64,000 bases of DNA. Origin: a virus. Where the stretch lies: positions 359 to 64,358 of the IMG/VR virus record IMGVR_UViG_2899584989_000006, one strand, 5' to 3'. Of this stretch, positions 8,639-18,758 are shown one piece after another. How positions within the stretch are numbered: the first letter of the stretch is position 1; every line of letters begins with the position of its first letter. Under the pieces are notes generated by a model. It was not told the origin of the DNA. It did not search any database and saw nothing but the letters and a program-made list of their open reading frames with translations. The position numbers and the translations under genes are program-made.

Positions 8639-9157
8639 ATGAATCAAATTTGTACGAATAAAGAACAATCATCCCGGCTATTAGAGGCCGGGATAAGACC
8701 GGAGACAGCAGACATGTATTTGGATGAGTTTGAATTGCCGGTCGCATTTGAATATGGCAGGGTTGAAAAGCATGTGGGTCAAGATATGGCATTCCCGGCT
8801 TGGTCTCTATCTAAGATGATAGAGATGTTACCTACAAATATTAATGGATATATTTTGAGTGTAGACTTCGAAAATAAAGGGGTAGAATATTCAATGACTA
8901 ATTTTTGCGATAGACTTGACTATCTTTACATTAAAGGTTACGAAAACCTATTTGATGGTATAATTGATTGCATCGAATGGCTCATCAAGGAAGGACACCT
9001 TGACAAGAAATTCCTAACAGATAAATGCGGCGATTGCCGACTTATCGAGGATGAAGACGCTAACGGAAACGCTTGGTGCGCTTTCCATCAAAAACCGGTA
9101 AGGTGCGATAGCAAGGCTTGTAAGGATATTTTAGAGAAAGGAGAGTCAAATGCGTGA
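8639..9157 (+). CDS. Hypothetical phage protein with C-terminal Cys cluster
   Basis: 172-aa ORF; PAWSL motif common in Bacteroidales phages. Confidence 0.7.
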   Translation: MNQICTNKEQSSRLLEAGIRPETADMYLDEFELPVAFEYGRVEKHVGQDMAFPAWSLSKMIEMLPTNINGYILSVDFENKGVEYSMTNFCDRLDYLYIKGYENLFDGIIDCIEWLIKEGHLDKKFLTDKCGDCRLIEDEDANGNAWCAFHQKPVRCDSKACKDILEKGESNA

Positions 9158-9638
9158 GATTAAATTCAGAGGAAAAAGTACGACAAGCGGGAAATGGGTA
9201 CATGGTATGCTTACGACACTAAAGGATTTAGGGGCAGAAAAGCAAGATATGATAATCATAAAAAAGGAAGGAGTATTCAATGAAGGCTCTGCCTCTCCGT
9301 TTTTTATGGAATGGGATTACATTCATAAAGACACCGTAGGCCAGTTCACAGGCTTAAAAGACAAGAGCGGAAAGGAGATTTACGAGGGGGATTTAATAAA
9401 AGCTCCAAGCGGACGTATTTATGCCGTTATTTTCTCAACATGGAAATATGAAGAGAAAAGAGAATTTTTCAAAGTAATTGACATATACGAACATACAGGA
9501 TGGTGCATATCCCTAGATGGGGTTAATCCATGTGAACTGCTGGACTTTGAGGTGTGCCAAGGATGTGTTATTGGAAATGTTTATGACAATCCCGAACTGC
9601 TGAAAGGAGGTGAAAAAAATGAAAGCAATAACTATTAA
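9150..9638 (+). CDS. YopX-family phage protein
   Basis: MREIKFRG...GQFTGLKDKSGKEIYEGD...VIGNVYDNPELL. Confidence 0.9.
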   Translation: MREIKFRGKSTTSGKWVHGMLTTLKDLGAEKQDMIIIKKEGVFNEGSASPFFMEWDYIHKDTVGQFTGLKDKSGKEIYEGDLIKAPSGRIYAVIFSTWKYEEKREFFKVIDIYEHTGWCISLDGVNPCELLDFEVCQGCVIGNVYDNPELLKGGEKNESNNY

Positions 9639-10008
9639 ACAGCCTTGGGCAAGCCTTATCGTTTATGGACTGAAAGACATAGAAAATAGGAATTGGAAAA
9701 CAAGCTACCGAGGGCGTGTCCTAATACACGCTGGAATGAAAGCTGATAATCATTGGTCTGCATCTATGACCATATGTAATAAGGTAGATGAGTTTCTTAG
9801 AGAAATTTCAAAAAGTGGTACAGATTGGAGCAATTATACTTTTAGCGCAATCATTGGTAGCGTTGAGATTGTGGATTGTGTCCAGAACCACCCATCGCCA
9901 TGGGCTGAAAAGGATGTTTGGAATTGGGTACTTGCAAACCCTGTAATGTTTGACAAGCCGATAACAGGTGTGAAAGGCAAGCTTTCGTTTTGGGAATTTA
10001 AACAGTAA
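9619..10008 (+). CDS. ASCH-domain protein
   Basis: MKAITIKQPWASLI..GLKDIENR.W.T.YRG..LIHAG, KGKLSFW. Confidence 0.9.
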   Translation: MKAITIKQPWASLIVYGLKDIENRNWKTSYRGRVLIHAGMKADNHWSASMTICNKVDEFLREISKSGTDWSNYTFSAIIGSVEIVDCVQNHPSPWAEKDVWNWVLANPVMFDKPITGVKGKLSFWEFKQ

Positions 10009-10017
10009 GTATTAACA

Positions 10018-10368
10018 ATGGAAAGAGATATTGATATGAGACAGACGATAGAGGAAGCGGCAAAAGAATATTTAAGCCAGTTCCCATGGGAGGAAGGTGA
10101 TAAACTAGCCTACCATATATGCGAGTTTGATTTTAAAGCTGGATTTAAAGCCGGTGCCGAATGGCAGGCAAATCAATCCCCGTGGGTAAGCGTGAAGGAA
10201 CGATTGCCTGAAAATCAAGACATAGTCTTGGTTAGAGGTGAGTACGGAGGCAAAGCCACCGCTTATTTACATGGTGAGTATAGCGGCTTTATCGTTTACG
10301 GGGAGGACGCTTATAAGGTATTCGGGGAGATTACCCATTGGATGCCTATACCCGATCTTGAGGAATAG
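10018..10368 (+). CDS. DUF551-like phage protein
   Basis: WVSVKERLPE...ITHWMPIP. Confidence 0.8.
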   Translation: MERDIDMRQTIEEAAKEYLSQFPWEEGDKLAYHICEFDFKAGFKAGAEWQANQSPWVSVKERLPENQDIVLVRGEYGGKATAYLHGEYSGFIVYGEDAYKVFGEITHWMPIPDLEE

Positions 10369-10376
10369 TATTAACC

Positions 10377-10397
10377 GAGCCTTCATGGGAAGGCTCA
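10377..10397 (+). terminator. Hairpin, possible terminator
   Basis: GAGCCTTC-ATGG-GAAGGCTC. Confidence 0.4.
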
Positions 10398-10410
10398 TAA
10401 TTAAAAAGAT

Positions 10411-10866
10411 ATGAATATAGGATACATAAGACAAAAAGAAAAGGAGCATGCCTGTGATTACTGGCTCATGCTTGCGTATCGTACGTTATTAGGACGTGCT
10501 AAGAATAGTCGAAAGCGTAAAGAATTAGCTCGAAAGATAATCCGTATATGCAAAGGAAAGGATAAACATATCATGGATATATCTGATGATTACAGGTTTT
10601 GGACAGCGAAGGAAATGTATGATTATATAGTTAAAGCAAAGAAAGTTGTATTGCTCATCATGTTTCTGTTAATGTTCTGTAGTTGTAGAACGTACAATGT
10701 ATATCTTATAGATACAAATTCGGTACCGGTTTATTCCGCTCCGGTAAAGCCTCTTGCAAATAGATATACTTCCTCTTTTCAAAAGGCTGACAGTCTTTTT
10801 GAAAAGGTCTCTAAAGAAGCGGTTAAAGCCGCATACGAGAAAACAACGCATTTAATTTCAAATTAA
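10411..10866 (+). CDS. Hypothetical protein with internal lipoprotein signal
   Basis: KKVVLLIMFLLMFCSC lipobox at about residue 90. Confidence 0.55.
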   Translation: MNIGYIRQKEKEHACDYWLMLAYRTLLGRAKNSRKRKELARKIIRICKGKDKHIMDISDDYRFWTAKEMYDYIVKAKKVVLLIMFLLMFCSCRTYNVYLIDTNSVPVYSAPVKPLANRYTSSFQKADSLFEKVSKEAVKAAYEKTTHLISN

Positions 10867-10877
10867 AACATCTAATC

Positions 10878-11149
10878 ATGGAGACTAAGATATGTAGAAA
10901 ATGTGGCAAGGAATTGTCGATAGATAACTTTTATAAGGACAGATCAGCGGAGGATGGGCTTCGCTGCTACTGCAAGGCTTGTATAAAAGCCTATAATGCC
11001 TTTAAGAAGAACAATATAGGGGGGGTAAAATGACCCGGGTGTTCACGAACCCGGATCTGGCCACGATCAAGCCGAGGGAACTCATTGAAGAGTTGAAATC
11101 TAGAGGTTATAAGGGGACGCTCACCTACGAGCAAGTAATAACATTATAA
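10878..11149 (+). CDS. Zn-finger protein split at a G7 tract into 51-aa (10878-11033) and 39-aa (11030-11149) ORFs
   Basis: CRKC...CKAC, then GGGGGGG at 11019-11025; one extra G would fuse the frames. Confidence 0.55.
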
Positions 11150-11169
11150 TGTAAATACAGTTGAAAATC

Positions 11170-11472
11170 ATGGACGTATTTAACGATAATCCATTTGCCA
11201 AAGACACGCCCGTCACTCCGTTCTCGAATGGGACGGAAGCGCAATCGTGGCACGAATGTAATTGTGATAAGTGTATCAAGTATGAGAACCAATCCGAATC
11301 AGAGGAAAAAGCAAAATGCAAACTGGCATATCATATTGATTATGGGTTCGTGTTAGGAACTATCCCGCTTTGGGTTGCTAAGGAAATAGGGGTTAGATAT
11401 GACCCTTTATATCAGACAGGGCGATTACACTCACAATGTCGTGAATTTAGGACTGGTGACGAACCTTTTTAA
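11170..11472 (+). CDS. Cys-rich hypothetical protein
   Basis: PFSNGTE...CDKC motif. Confidence 0.65.
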   Translation: MDVFNDNPFAKDTPVTPFSNGTEAQSWHECNCDKCIKYENQSESEEKAKCKLAYHIDYGFVLGTIPLWVAKEIGVRYDPLYQTGRLHSQCREFRTGDEPF

Positions 11473-11490
11473 TTGTCAACTAAGAAGAAT

Positions 11491-11826
11491 ATGAATAAAA
11501 CAGATCGAATAGAACGTATTAGGAGAGATATTGACCTGCAAATTAGTTGTTACCATCATAGAATTGACATCCTCGATAAGAGGAGAAATAAACTCATAGG
11601 AATAAGCAAGAACATCTTTGATCCTCATGCCCTCATACCAATTTGGTATGATGACATTGAAGAGTGGATAAAAGGACATCCATTCCCCAAAACATGTATT
11701 GATATGGTGTATCAAAACAAAGAAATTGCTTTCAATAACTCTTTAGCGTGTAATACATATCAGATAGATTATCACATTGTAAAATGCAAACCTCGTGAAT
11801 ATTATATAGATAAGTATTTAAAATAA
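11491..11826 (+). CDS. Hypothetical protein
   Basis: ORF in the operon; ATG start chosen. Confidence 0.55.
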   Translation: MNKTDRIERIRRDIDLQISCYHHRIDILDKRRNKLIGISKNIFDPHALIPIWYDDIEEWIKGHPFPKTCIDMVYQNKEIAFNNSLACNTYQIDYHIVKCKPREYYIDKYLK

Positions 11827-11839
11827 ACAATTAGAAATC

Positions 11840-12058
11840 ATGGAAGAAAACATCAAAGAGAAATCGATAAAACTAGCTATAGAGGCTATGAGGCCCTTAC
11901 CGGTAAACTCTTTCGCCGGATATTGCAGCGTAGGCGATGATCGGTCTCCGGAAGAGAAGCATAAAGATGACATGAGATTCTGCAAGGAGTTCAATGAGCT
12001 TCAATCAGATATACTCATAACCTTGGCCTATAAGATAGAGACATTTCTTAATAGCTAA
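11840..12058 (+). CDS. Hypothetical protein
   Basis: 72-aa ORF with A-rich start. Confidence 0.65.
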   Translation: MEENIKEKSIKLAIEAMRPLPVNSFAGYCSVGDDRSPEEKHKDDMRFCKEFNELQSDILITLAYKIETFLNS

Positions 12059-12089
12059 GGAATAAAACACATCAAGGCTACCTAAAAGC

Positions 12090-12121
12090 AATAGGTTTTG
12101 ATCAATATGTCAAAACCTATT
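12090..12121. promoter_or_regulatory. 12-bp inverted repeat (operator or terminator) upstream of the tail nozzle gene
   Basis: AATAGGTTTTGA-N8-TCAAAACCTATT; partly resembles 16558-16579. Confidence 0.5.
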
Positions 12122-12150
12122 ACTTATATCCTTTAATTTTATCGCAAAAA

Positions 12151-14697
12151 ATGGAACAGCAAGATATTTCATTATCCTACGGGATACACCGTTCTCCATC
12201 TATCGGAAACGAGGGGGAATTATCAGAATGCGTAAATTTGATACCCAAGAATGGTGAGTTGGTGAATATACAGCCTCCGAAAGAATTAGGCATAACCCTT
12301 CCGGAAGGATCGATACTTATGTACGTGCATCGGACAAAGGATTTCCTTCACTATATCTTTTTCCAGACGAATGTTTTACGTTATGCGGATACGGACGGAA
12401 CGACCCATCTTATTGGAGCGAACCAATATGACAAAATTCCCAAAGCTATCACGTCCATAGGAAACACCTTGATTGTAATAAGCGAAGATCCTACAAGATA
12501 TTTACTTTGGGATGGAGAGTTTTATAAGGAATTAGGAGATAAGCCCCCCTTCCCTATCCTGTCATTCGGATTGGTAGGATCATTGGATAAGACCGAACAA
12601 TTGTCCGTATCCGTTGATCCTCCCTATGATGGAGCCTTTACGGAAGATCAACTATCAACTATCAGTAATTCCGTGATGGGATATGTCTCAAAATTTATCA
12701 GGGAGAGAAGCGTGGATAGAGGCATGTTTATATATCCGTTCTTTATTCGTTACGCTTATAGACTATATGACGGAACGTCTTACATGCAATCAGCCCCGAT
12801 ACTGATGATACCATCGTCCGGAGTAACCCCTCACGTTCCGTTTACTATTGACGTGGACACAGAAGATTTTGACGCAAAGATCATTGTAAACTTCATTATA
12901 TCCTCAGTGGTATGCTCCATTAATTACAAAGTCAGCGGAATGGGGAATCAAAGGGAATGGTGGAAGGACATAGTTAAAAGCCTTGATATATTCATAACGC
13001 CGCCAATATACACCTTTGATTATTATGGGGAGATTAATGGGGCGCAAAAGATATCAGACGATAACGGTTTCGGGGTGTACTCTATAGGTGGAGGATATTA
13101 CAACAGGCATACATTCGAGGAAGCCTTGTCCATAGCCCTGCCGGGATCAGGTTATACCGATCAATTCGTCTTACCCGGAAAGTCCATGGATAATAAGGTG
13201 CCGGATAATTCATTGTTTTACAAAGTAGCAAGCATAACGTATGAGGACTTGTGCGGTTATAACGGGGGTGAAAGACGTTCTCTCACGTTAGAGGATAATG
13301 TGCTGGGATCGTTGCAAAATCGAGAGCAACTTGTTGACGCGGACGGGTACCAGAATTTAGATTGGCTAATACCTGATTATTCCTATACTTATAACCAGCG
13401 GTTAAATATAGCTAATATAAAAAGGATACTATTTGATGGTTATCCTCCGGAGTCCATGGTAACGTACAACGACGGTAGCAGCACGTTGAGCATAAAGGTT
13501 TTCATAAGAGAAGGAGAAAAAGATATCGTCGTTCAAACATCCTCCTCATATAACCTTGGTATCAATTTGCATTACCTATATTACCCCAACGCTAACGCAT
13601 ACAAGATGGTGATAACACGGAATTCGGACGGATACCAAGCGATCGTTACCCTCTCTCCGCATAACACGCTGAACGGGGCTTACTATTTCGACTCATACGC
13701 CCCGATCATATTTAAACCGGGCAGCGATAGCACACCAATATCAACGGACAAGTCGGTCAATATGCCAAACAAGATATATACGTCCGAGGTCAATAACCCG
13801 TTTTATTTCCCGTTGGCGGGAATAAACACGGTGGGAACCGGTGAGATCGTAGGTATCCGATCCACCACGAAAGCGCTGTCCCAAGGGCAATTCGGGCAGT
13901 TTCCCTTATACGCTTTCTCTTCCGATGGGATATGGGCCTTGCAATTATCGGACGCGGGATTGTATTCCTCCATCCAACCTATAAGCAGGGATGTTTGCAA
14001 TAATCCGGATAGTATCACGCAACTGGATTCCTCGATAGTATTCAGTACCGAGCGTGGCCTTAAATTATTGCAAGGCTCCGATATCAGCCTTTTATCGTCA
14101 TCCTTGGAAGGAGCAAATATTGATGAGACATTCTTTAATGTCAACCCGGATTTTAGCGATCTGTTCATCCCGGACACGGGAACTTTCGTAGAGACATTGC
14201 GAGCTTGTAAGATTGCCTATGATTATACGAATTCCCTATTGCATATTTATCCCAAAGGGACTAGAAAGCATTATGTATATTCTTTGGACACCGGGGAATT
14301 CTCCACTTTCGTAGGGGAAGAGGTCAAGGCCATGGCTCAAGATTATCCAAGCTCGGTAGTGCAAATAGGTAACGCCTTGTACTCACTGGAAAAATATGTC
14401 TCGGAAGAGACCAGAAAAGGCATAGCGATCACACGTGCCTTGACGTTAGGAGATCCTTTCTCTTTGAAGGTACTAGTCGATCTTAGGACGTTGGGTTTAC
14501 GAAAGGATGAGTCCTCAAAAATCAAGATAGCGGTATTCGTAAGCGCGGATAGGAAAAATTGGTCTCGGCTTAAATCTCTTAGGCAAAGGGCTTTTAAATA
14601 CTATCGGCTCGTTTATTTCTCAAACCTATATGATTTAGATACATTATCAGGAACCAGAGTAAGATTCGAGACTAGAAGGGATTGGAGGATGCGTTAA
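12151..14697 (+). CDS. Probable podoviral tail nozzle/DNA stabilisation protein (P22 gp10/T7 gp12-like)
   Basis: 848 aa, beta-rich; GELSECVNLIP N-terminus, KIYTSEVNNPFYFP; size and context. Confidence 0.6.
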   Translation: MEQQDISLSYGIHRSPSIGNEGELSECVNLIPKNGELVNIQPPKELGITLPEGSILMYVHRTKDFLHYIFFQTNVLRYADTDGTTHLIGANQYDKIPKAITSIGNTLIVISEDPTRYLLWDGEFYKELGDKPPFPILSFGLVGSLDKTEQLSVSVDPPYDGAFTEDQLSTISNSVMGYVSKFIRERSVDRGMFIYPFFIRYAYRLYDGTSYMQSAPILMIPSSGVTPHVPFTIDVDTEDFDAKIIVNFIISSVVCSINYKVSGMGNQREWWKDIVKSLDIFITPPIYTFDYYGEINGAQKISDDNGFGVYSIGGGYYNRHTFEEALSIALPGSGYTDQFVLPGKSMDNKVPDNSLFYKVASITYEDLCGYNGGERRSLTLEDNVLGSLQNREQLVDADGYQNLDWLIPDYSYTYNQRLNIANIKRILFDGYPPESMVTYNDGSSTLSIKVFIREGEKDIVVQTSSSYNLGINLHYLYYPNANAYKMVITRNSDGYQAIVTLSPHNTLNGAYYFDSYAPIIFKPGSDSTPISTDKSVNMPNKIYTSEVNNPFYFPLAGINTVGTGEIVGIRSTTKALSQGQFGQFPLYAFSSDGIWALQLSDAGLYSSIQPISRDVCNNPDSITQLDSSIVFSTERGLKLLQGSDISLLSSSLEGANIDETFFNVNPDFSDLFIPDTGTFVETLRACKIAYDYTNSLLHIYPKGTRKHYVYSLDTGEFSTFVGEEVKAMAQDYPSSVVQIGNALYSLEKYVSEETRKGIAITRALTLGDPFSLKVLVDLRTLGLRKDESSKIKIAVFVSADRKNWSRLKSLRQRAFKYYRLVYFSNLYDLDTLSGTRVRFETRRDWRMR

Positions 14698-14700
14698 AGT

Positions 14701-14724
14701 ACCCCTCGGCCTAGCCGAGGGTAT
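14701..14724. terminator. Hairpin between convergent genes
   Basis: CCCTCGGC-CTA-GCCGAGGG. Confidence 0.65.
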
Positions 14725-14727
14725 ATG

Positions 14728-15018
14728 TCATTTTTTTTGCTTGTAACTGGCCGCTACCTTCAACAACTCAATAGCGGAATTAGTGTTTTTAGCGTCCTCG
14801 AACTTTATAGAGGATACCTTTGGTACCACGAACTCACTAGCCTTTAAATAAACAGCGCATTTATCCTTATCCTTTAGCTTGAGGAAAGCTTTCTTGAACT
14901 CTTCCTGATTGTCGATTACGAAATCACGGAAAAAATTCTTTATCTCCGTGTTCTTATTCCGGGTTCCCTTCTCCCTTCCTCCCATCTTCATGTGACCATT
15001 CTCAAAACCTTTTCTCAT
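14728..15018 (-). CDS. Possible terminase small subunit-like DNA-binding protein
   Basis: GF..G...GGREKGTRNK N-terminal motif seen in TerS-like proteins. Confidence 0.45.
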   Translation of the reverse strand: MRKGFENGHMKMGGREKGTRNKNTEIKNFFRDFVIDNQEEFKKAFLKLKDKDKCAVYLKASEFVVPKVSSIKFEDAKNTNSAIELLKVAASYKQKK

Positions 15019-15021
15019 GAT

Positions 15022-15537
15022 CTATAATCTGAAATAAACATCCTTAACCTGTGTCTCCCTTGCCTCGTTTATGATATTTCTTCTATCCACCTCCTTTTGA
15101 GAGGCGTACATCTGTACCCTAGATGGATCTACCATCCTATACCAAAAAGACAATACGCTATCAACCACGAAACGGTGGATATAAACGGCCAATCTCCTCG
15201 GATCCCCACGCCATCCTCTTTCCATCACCAAGTTTATGATCCATTCCCTATCATCCTTCACCTCGTCCGTTACGGCACGGCTCTGAACCCAAGGTGAAAA
15301 CGCCCGTAAATGGCCGGTAGCCTCCGACAACGCGTCATTCACTTGACGAAACATCCAATCCGCCGTTTCCTCTGAGGTCTCCAGCCCAGCTCTTTCCTTT
15401 CCGGGAAGGCCCGATACATCCCCTACCTTCCATGTCTCGAAATCCACGTCATACTCAATCTCGCACCTCAATAGCGTTATCGTTAACTCAAATCCACGCA
15501 TATCGACACGTGGCTGTATGATTTTCCTGTCTCTCAT
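15022..15537 (-). CDS. Putative virion head-tail adaptor paralog
   Basis: Helical 171-aa protein; IHRFVVDSVLSFW motif shared with neighbours. Confidence 0.5.
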   Translation of the reverse strand: MRDRKIIQPRVDMRGFELTITLLRCEIEYDVDFETWKVGDVSGLPGKERAGLETSEETADWMFRQVNDALSEATGHLRAFSPWVQSRAVTDEVKDDREWIINLVMERGWRGDPRRLAVYIHRFVVDSVLSFWYRMVDPSRVQMYASQKEVDRRNIINEARETQVKDVYFRL

Positions 15538-16061
15538 ATTTCTCCTGTTTCTATAATGACATCATCAACAATGACATCATCGATATCCTTAAACGGCTTC
15601 CTCTTGCACTTTCGCGGGGCTTTCCTTGAATAGGCGGTTTCCTCTATCATGGACGCTATTCCCTTTAACTCCTCCTCTAGCTTTCCGGCTAGTTCCTCAA
15701 AGTAAATCAGGCACCAATTCCAAAGGACGAACCACACCACGTATTTATGGGCCAAGGTCGCCAACGACTCGCCATCATATCCTCCACGACGATCCTTCAT
15801 GCGCAACACCCAATTCACGGCATCGGTATCCAATGAGTCTTCCGAATCGCCGGGCATATCCTCCAAGATACCGGACAAGGAAACCTTTAAGGTCGCCACC
15901 GCCTCCTCTATCTTGCGTCTTATAAAAGTATCATCGGCCTCGTTATCATCGGACTGCGAGGAGAATCTTTTACCGGGATCCTCCTTTCTCATATCTCCCA
16001 GCCTCCACGTCCACTGGTCTATGTCATGCTTTAAATATGTCCAACCTAGATTTATGTCCAT
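15534..16061 (-). CDS. Putative virion head-tail adaptor paralog
   Basis: AHKYVVWFVLWNW motif; RKAP near the C-terminus. Confidence 0.5.
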   Translation of the reverse strand: MDINLGWTYLKHDIDQWTWRLGDMRKEDPGKRFSSQSDDNEADDTFIRRKIEEAVATLKVSLSGILEDMPGDSEDSLDTDAVNWVLRMKDRRGGYDGESLATLAHKYVVWFVLWNWCLIYFEELAGKLEEELKGIASMIEETAYSRKAPRKCKRKPFKDIDDVIVDDVIIETGEI

Positions 16062-16062
16062 A

Positions 16063-16506
16063 TCATGCTTTTTTTAATAGCGGGGGATTCTTCCTGTATA
16101 TATTCTTCACGCACATAACGGACATATCCTCCCACAAAGATTTATAAACCCCTATCCTATCAGGCTTCCGATCGGAAAGCCAACTCATCATGGAATAACC
16201 TACCAGAGCGTCCAACAGGTTCTCGTCCAATTTCCTGTTGACATTCCAACGTGTATCCTCCGTCCTGACCTCCCATACGAACCCTTTTTCCGAATAAGCG
16301 GAAGAGGTTATGATTTTGGACATACCTTCCTCCAGCGACCTCGCCGCCTGTTCCATATATGTCCTTATAAGAGGCCTGTCCTGTTCCGTTATCTTTATCT
16401 TTAGATATAGGCTTTCCCCGCTATCCCCGACGAGATCACGTCCCTCGAAGCTGGATAGCATCTCGCATTTATCTATCGCCTTTATATATTCAAACTCATA
16501 TGTCAT
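16063..16506 (-). CDS. Putative virion head-tail adaptor paralog
   Basis: LLDALVGYSMMSW motif; RKNPP C-terminus. Confidence 0.5.
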   Translation of the reverse strand: MTYEFEYIKAIDKCEMLSSFEGRDLVGDSGESLYLKIKITEQDRPLIRTYMEQAARSLEEGMSKIITSSAYSEKGFVWEVRTEDTRWNVNRKLDENLLDALVGYSMMSWLSDRKPDRIGVYKSLWEDMSVMCVKNIYRKNPPLLKKA

Positions 16507-16522
16507 TTGTGATCCTTTTCTG

Positions 16523-16568
16523 GCAAAAATAGGGCTTTAGGTATGATTATTTTGTTATTTTGGTTATT
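16523..16568 (-). promoter_or_regulatory. Putative phage late promoter, copy 1
   Basis: Minus strand AATAACCAAAATAACAAA-N23-TTTGC; same motif and spacing at 36792 and 57855. Confidence 0.7.
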
Positions 16569-16621
16569 CTGACAAAACCAAGTCCTTTTATTCGATTTAT
16601 TTGCGATTAAAAAGACCAATC

Positions 16622-18583
16622 ATGAAACGACTTATTCCTAAATCTCGGTTTTCCCGACGCCCCACGACGGTTGACAGCGTCAAACACCGCATCAAGATAT
16701 CAGGCACGGACAAGACCAACATACCTTTACTGTCTAGGTGCCAAAACGCTTGGGAAAACCTTAGCGATTTCAGGGCCACCCGTCTTCGTAATTTCCGTTA
16801 CGTGTTCGGTGACCAATGGGGTGATATCGTGGTGGACAAGGACGGGGAAAGGGTGAAGGAACGCGATAGGATAGCGAGGCGTACGGGAGGGGTCGCTTTG
16901 CAGAACAATCATCTTTTCAAGATCGTAAATACTTTGGCGGGGTTATACGCAAAGACCGCTACCCTTCCCGTATGTTTCGCCCGGCAGAAAGACGCGGATA
17001 CCAAGTCACAGATGATGACGGACGCTTTACAGACCAACTGGGAAAATAACCTTATGAAAGATGTCCTCACCTCTGAGATGATAGAGTTTATTTGCGGTGG
17101 ATGCGCCGTGGTAACGGAAGAATGGTCTAGCCATGACGATATAGAGGACAGCTACACCTACGTGGTCAACCCTTCCTATTTCTTCTATGAGTCGAAAGCC
17201 AATGATCCAAGGCACTGGGATGATTCCTTGATCGGGGAGATCCGTGACTATACATTAGGCGAGCTGGCCTCGGTATTAGCGGAGTCCGAGTATGATTACA
17301 GGCAATTGGAGGAGATTTACTCACCTTGGCTCAATCGTATGGAAAATCTGGGAACCCAGCAGACGGATCGTTTCATGGACGAGTCTTTCGACACGCCTCC
17401 CGCCGCCGACCTGTGCCGGACCTACCATGTTTGGACACTGGAGAACAAGCCTAGATACCGTTGCGTGGATATCATGGACACCGATGATCCTATATACAGG
17501 ATAGAGCTTAGCGATCTTCCTGTCATCAAGAGAGAGAACGAGGATCGTATGCGTATGGGAATGTCACAGGGATTACCTCCGGAGGAGATCCCATTGATAG
17601 AATACACCTATATAATAGATCAATATTGGCATTTCCAAATGCTATCACCGGACGGACGTGTACTTACCGAGTATGACACGCCTTATGAATATAAGTCTCA
17701 CCCCTATATTTACAAGCTACACTATTTGGTGAATGGACGGACAGTTCCTTTTATTTCCGTTATCATAGATCAGCAACGATACATCAACCGGCTGATCATG
17801 CTTAACGACTTGGCTATCCAATCAGCGGTAAAGGGAGTAAAGATGATCCCTAAAGACTCCGTTCCGGACGGGATGTCCAATCGTGAGTTCGCCGAGCAAT
17901 TCGTTGAGATCGGATCATTTATTTTTTATGAGCCGTCCAAGAGCGGGAACAAACCGGAAGTCATAACATCGAACTCTACCAATATCGGTACCACGGAGCT
18001 ATTGCAATTACAATTGAGTTTCATAAACGATATAACGTCCGTGTCGGAAGCCTTGCAAGGGAAAACCCCGTCGGGATCAACAGCGGCAAGCAGATATGCC
18101 ATGGAAACACAGAACTCCACTACATCTATCGCTACGTTACTAACCAAGTTCTCCACGTTCGAGGCCGAGATCGCTCGTAAAAAGATGAAAACGATCCATC
18201 AATATTATCAATCCCCAAGGAACATATCGATGGAGAGATCAGCGGGTTATGCCACTTATAATGAGTATGACCCGAAGACAGTCCAAGATATAGATTTCAA
18301 GGTCAATATCAAGGAATCCGCTGAATCTCCGGTAGCGAGAATGATGTTAAACGACTTGGTGAAGGAATTATGGATGGCCGGAGCCATTTCTGCGGAGCAA
18401 ATGTTATCACTATCATATTACCCCGGATCAGACCAGATACTTCAGTCCATTCAATCCAACAAACAAGTGGTTGAGCAAGGTGGTAATATCCAAGGTGTCC
18501 CAGCTGATCAAATGAACGCAATCAACGGACAGGTTAATCAAGATGCGCTCAATAAGGCACGACAAGCCTTGATGTCAGCATAG
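16622..18583 (+). CDS. Portal protein (P22-like)
   Basis: RYVFGDQW...N.LFKIVNTLAG, IIDQQRYINR, ITSVSEALQG; ATG start at 16622. Confidence 0.8.
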   Translation: MKRLIPKSRFSRRPTTVDSVKHRIKISGTDKTNIPLLSRCQNAWENLSDFRATRLRNFRYVFGDQWGDIVVDKDGERVKERDRIARRTGGVALQNNHLFKIVNTLAGLYAKTATLPVCFARQKDADTKSQMMTDALQTNWENNLMKDVLTSEMIEFICGGCAVVTEEWSSHDDIEDSYTYVVNPSYFFYESKANDPRHWDDSLIGEIRDYTLGELASVLAESEYDYRQLEEIYSPWLNRMENLGTQQTDRFMDESFDTPPAADLCRTYHVWTLENKPRYRCVDIMDTDDPIYRIELSDLPVIKRENEDRMRMGMSQGLPPEEIPLIEYTYIIDQYWHFQMLSPDGRVLTEYDTPYEYKSHPYIYKLHYLVNGRTVPFISVIIDQQRYINRLIMLNDLAIQSAVKGVKMIPKDSVPDGMSNREFAEQFVEIGSFIFYEPSKSGNKPEVITSNSTNIGTTELLQLQLSFINDITSVSEALQGKTPSGSTAASRYAMETQNSTTSIATLLTKFSTFEAEIARKKMKTIHQYYQSPRNISMERSAGYATYNEYDPKTVQDIDFKVNIKESAESPVARMMLNDLVKELWMAGAISAEQMLSLSYYPGSDQILQSIQSNKQVVEQGGNIQGVPADQMNAINGQVNQDALNKARQALMSA

Positions 18584-18599
18584 AGGATAAAGTGTAATA

Positions 18600-18758
18600 T
18601 CACTTTCTTTTCCCTTCTATGCTCATTAGGTGCCTTATCCTAGCCTTAATCTCATGAAAGTTTATAGGCTCGAACGACAACGATTCTATAAGGCGGTCTA
18701 TCTCCCGTCTTACAGAATCGTTTCTTTTCTTGTTATGTGATCGTGTCTTAGTCATCCA
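18600..18758 (-). CDS. Small basic hypothetical protein
   Basis: MTKTRSHNKK... coupled to the stop of the upstream gene; start uncertain. Confidence 0.4.
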   Translation of the reverse strand, partial: WMTKTRSHNKKRNDSVRREIDRLIESLSFEPINFHEIKARIRHLMSIEGKRK

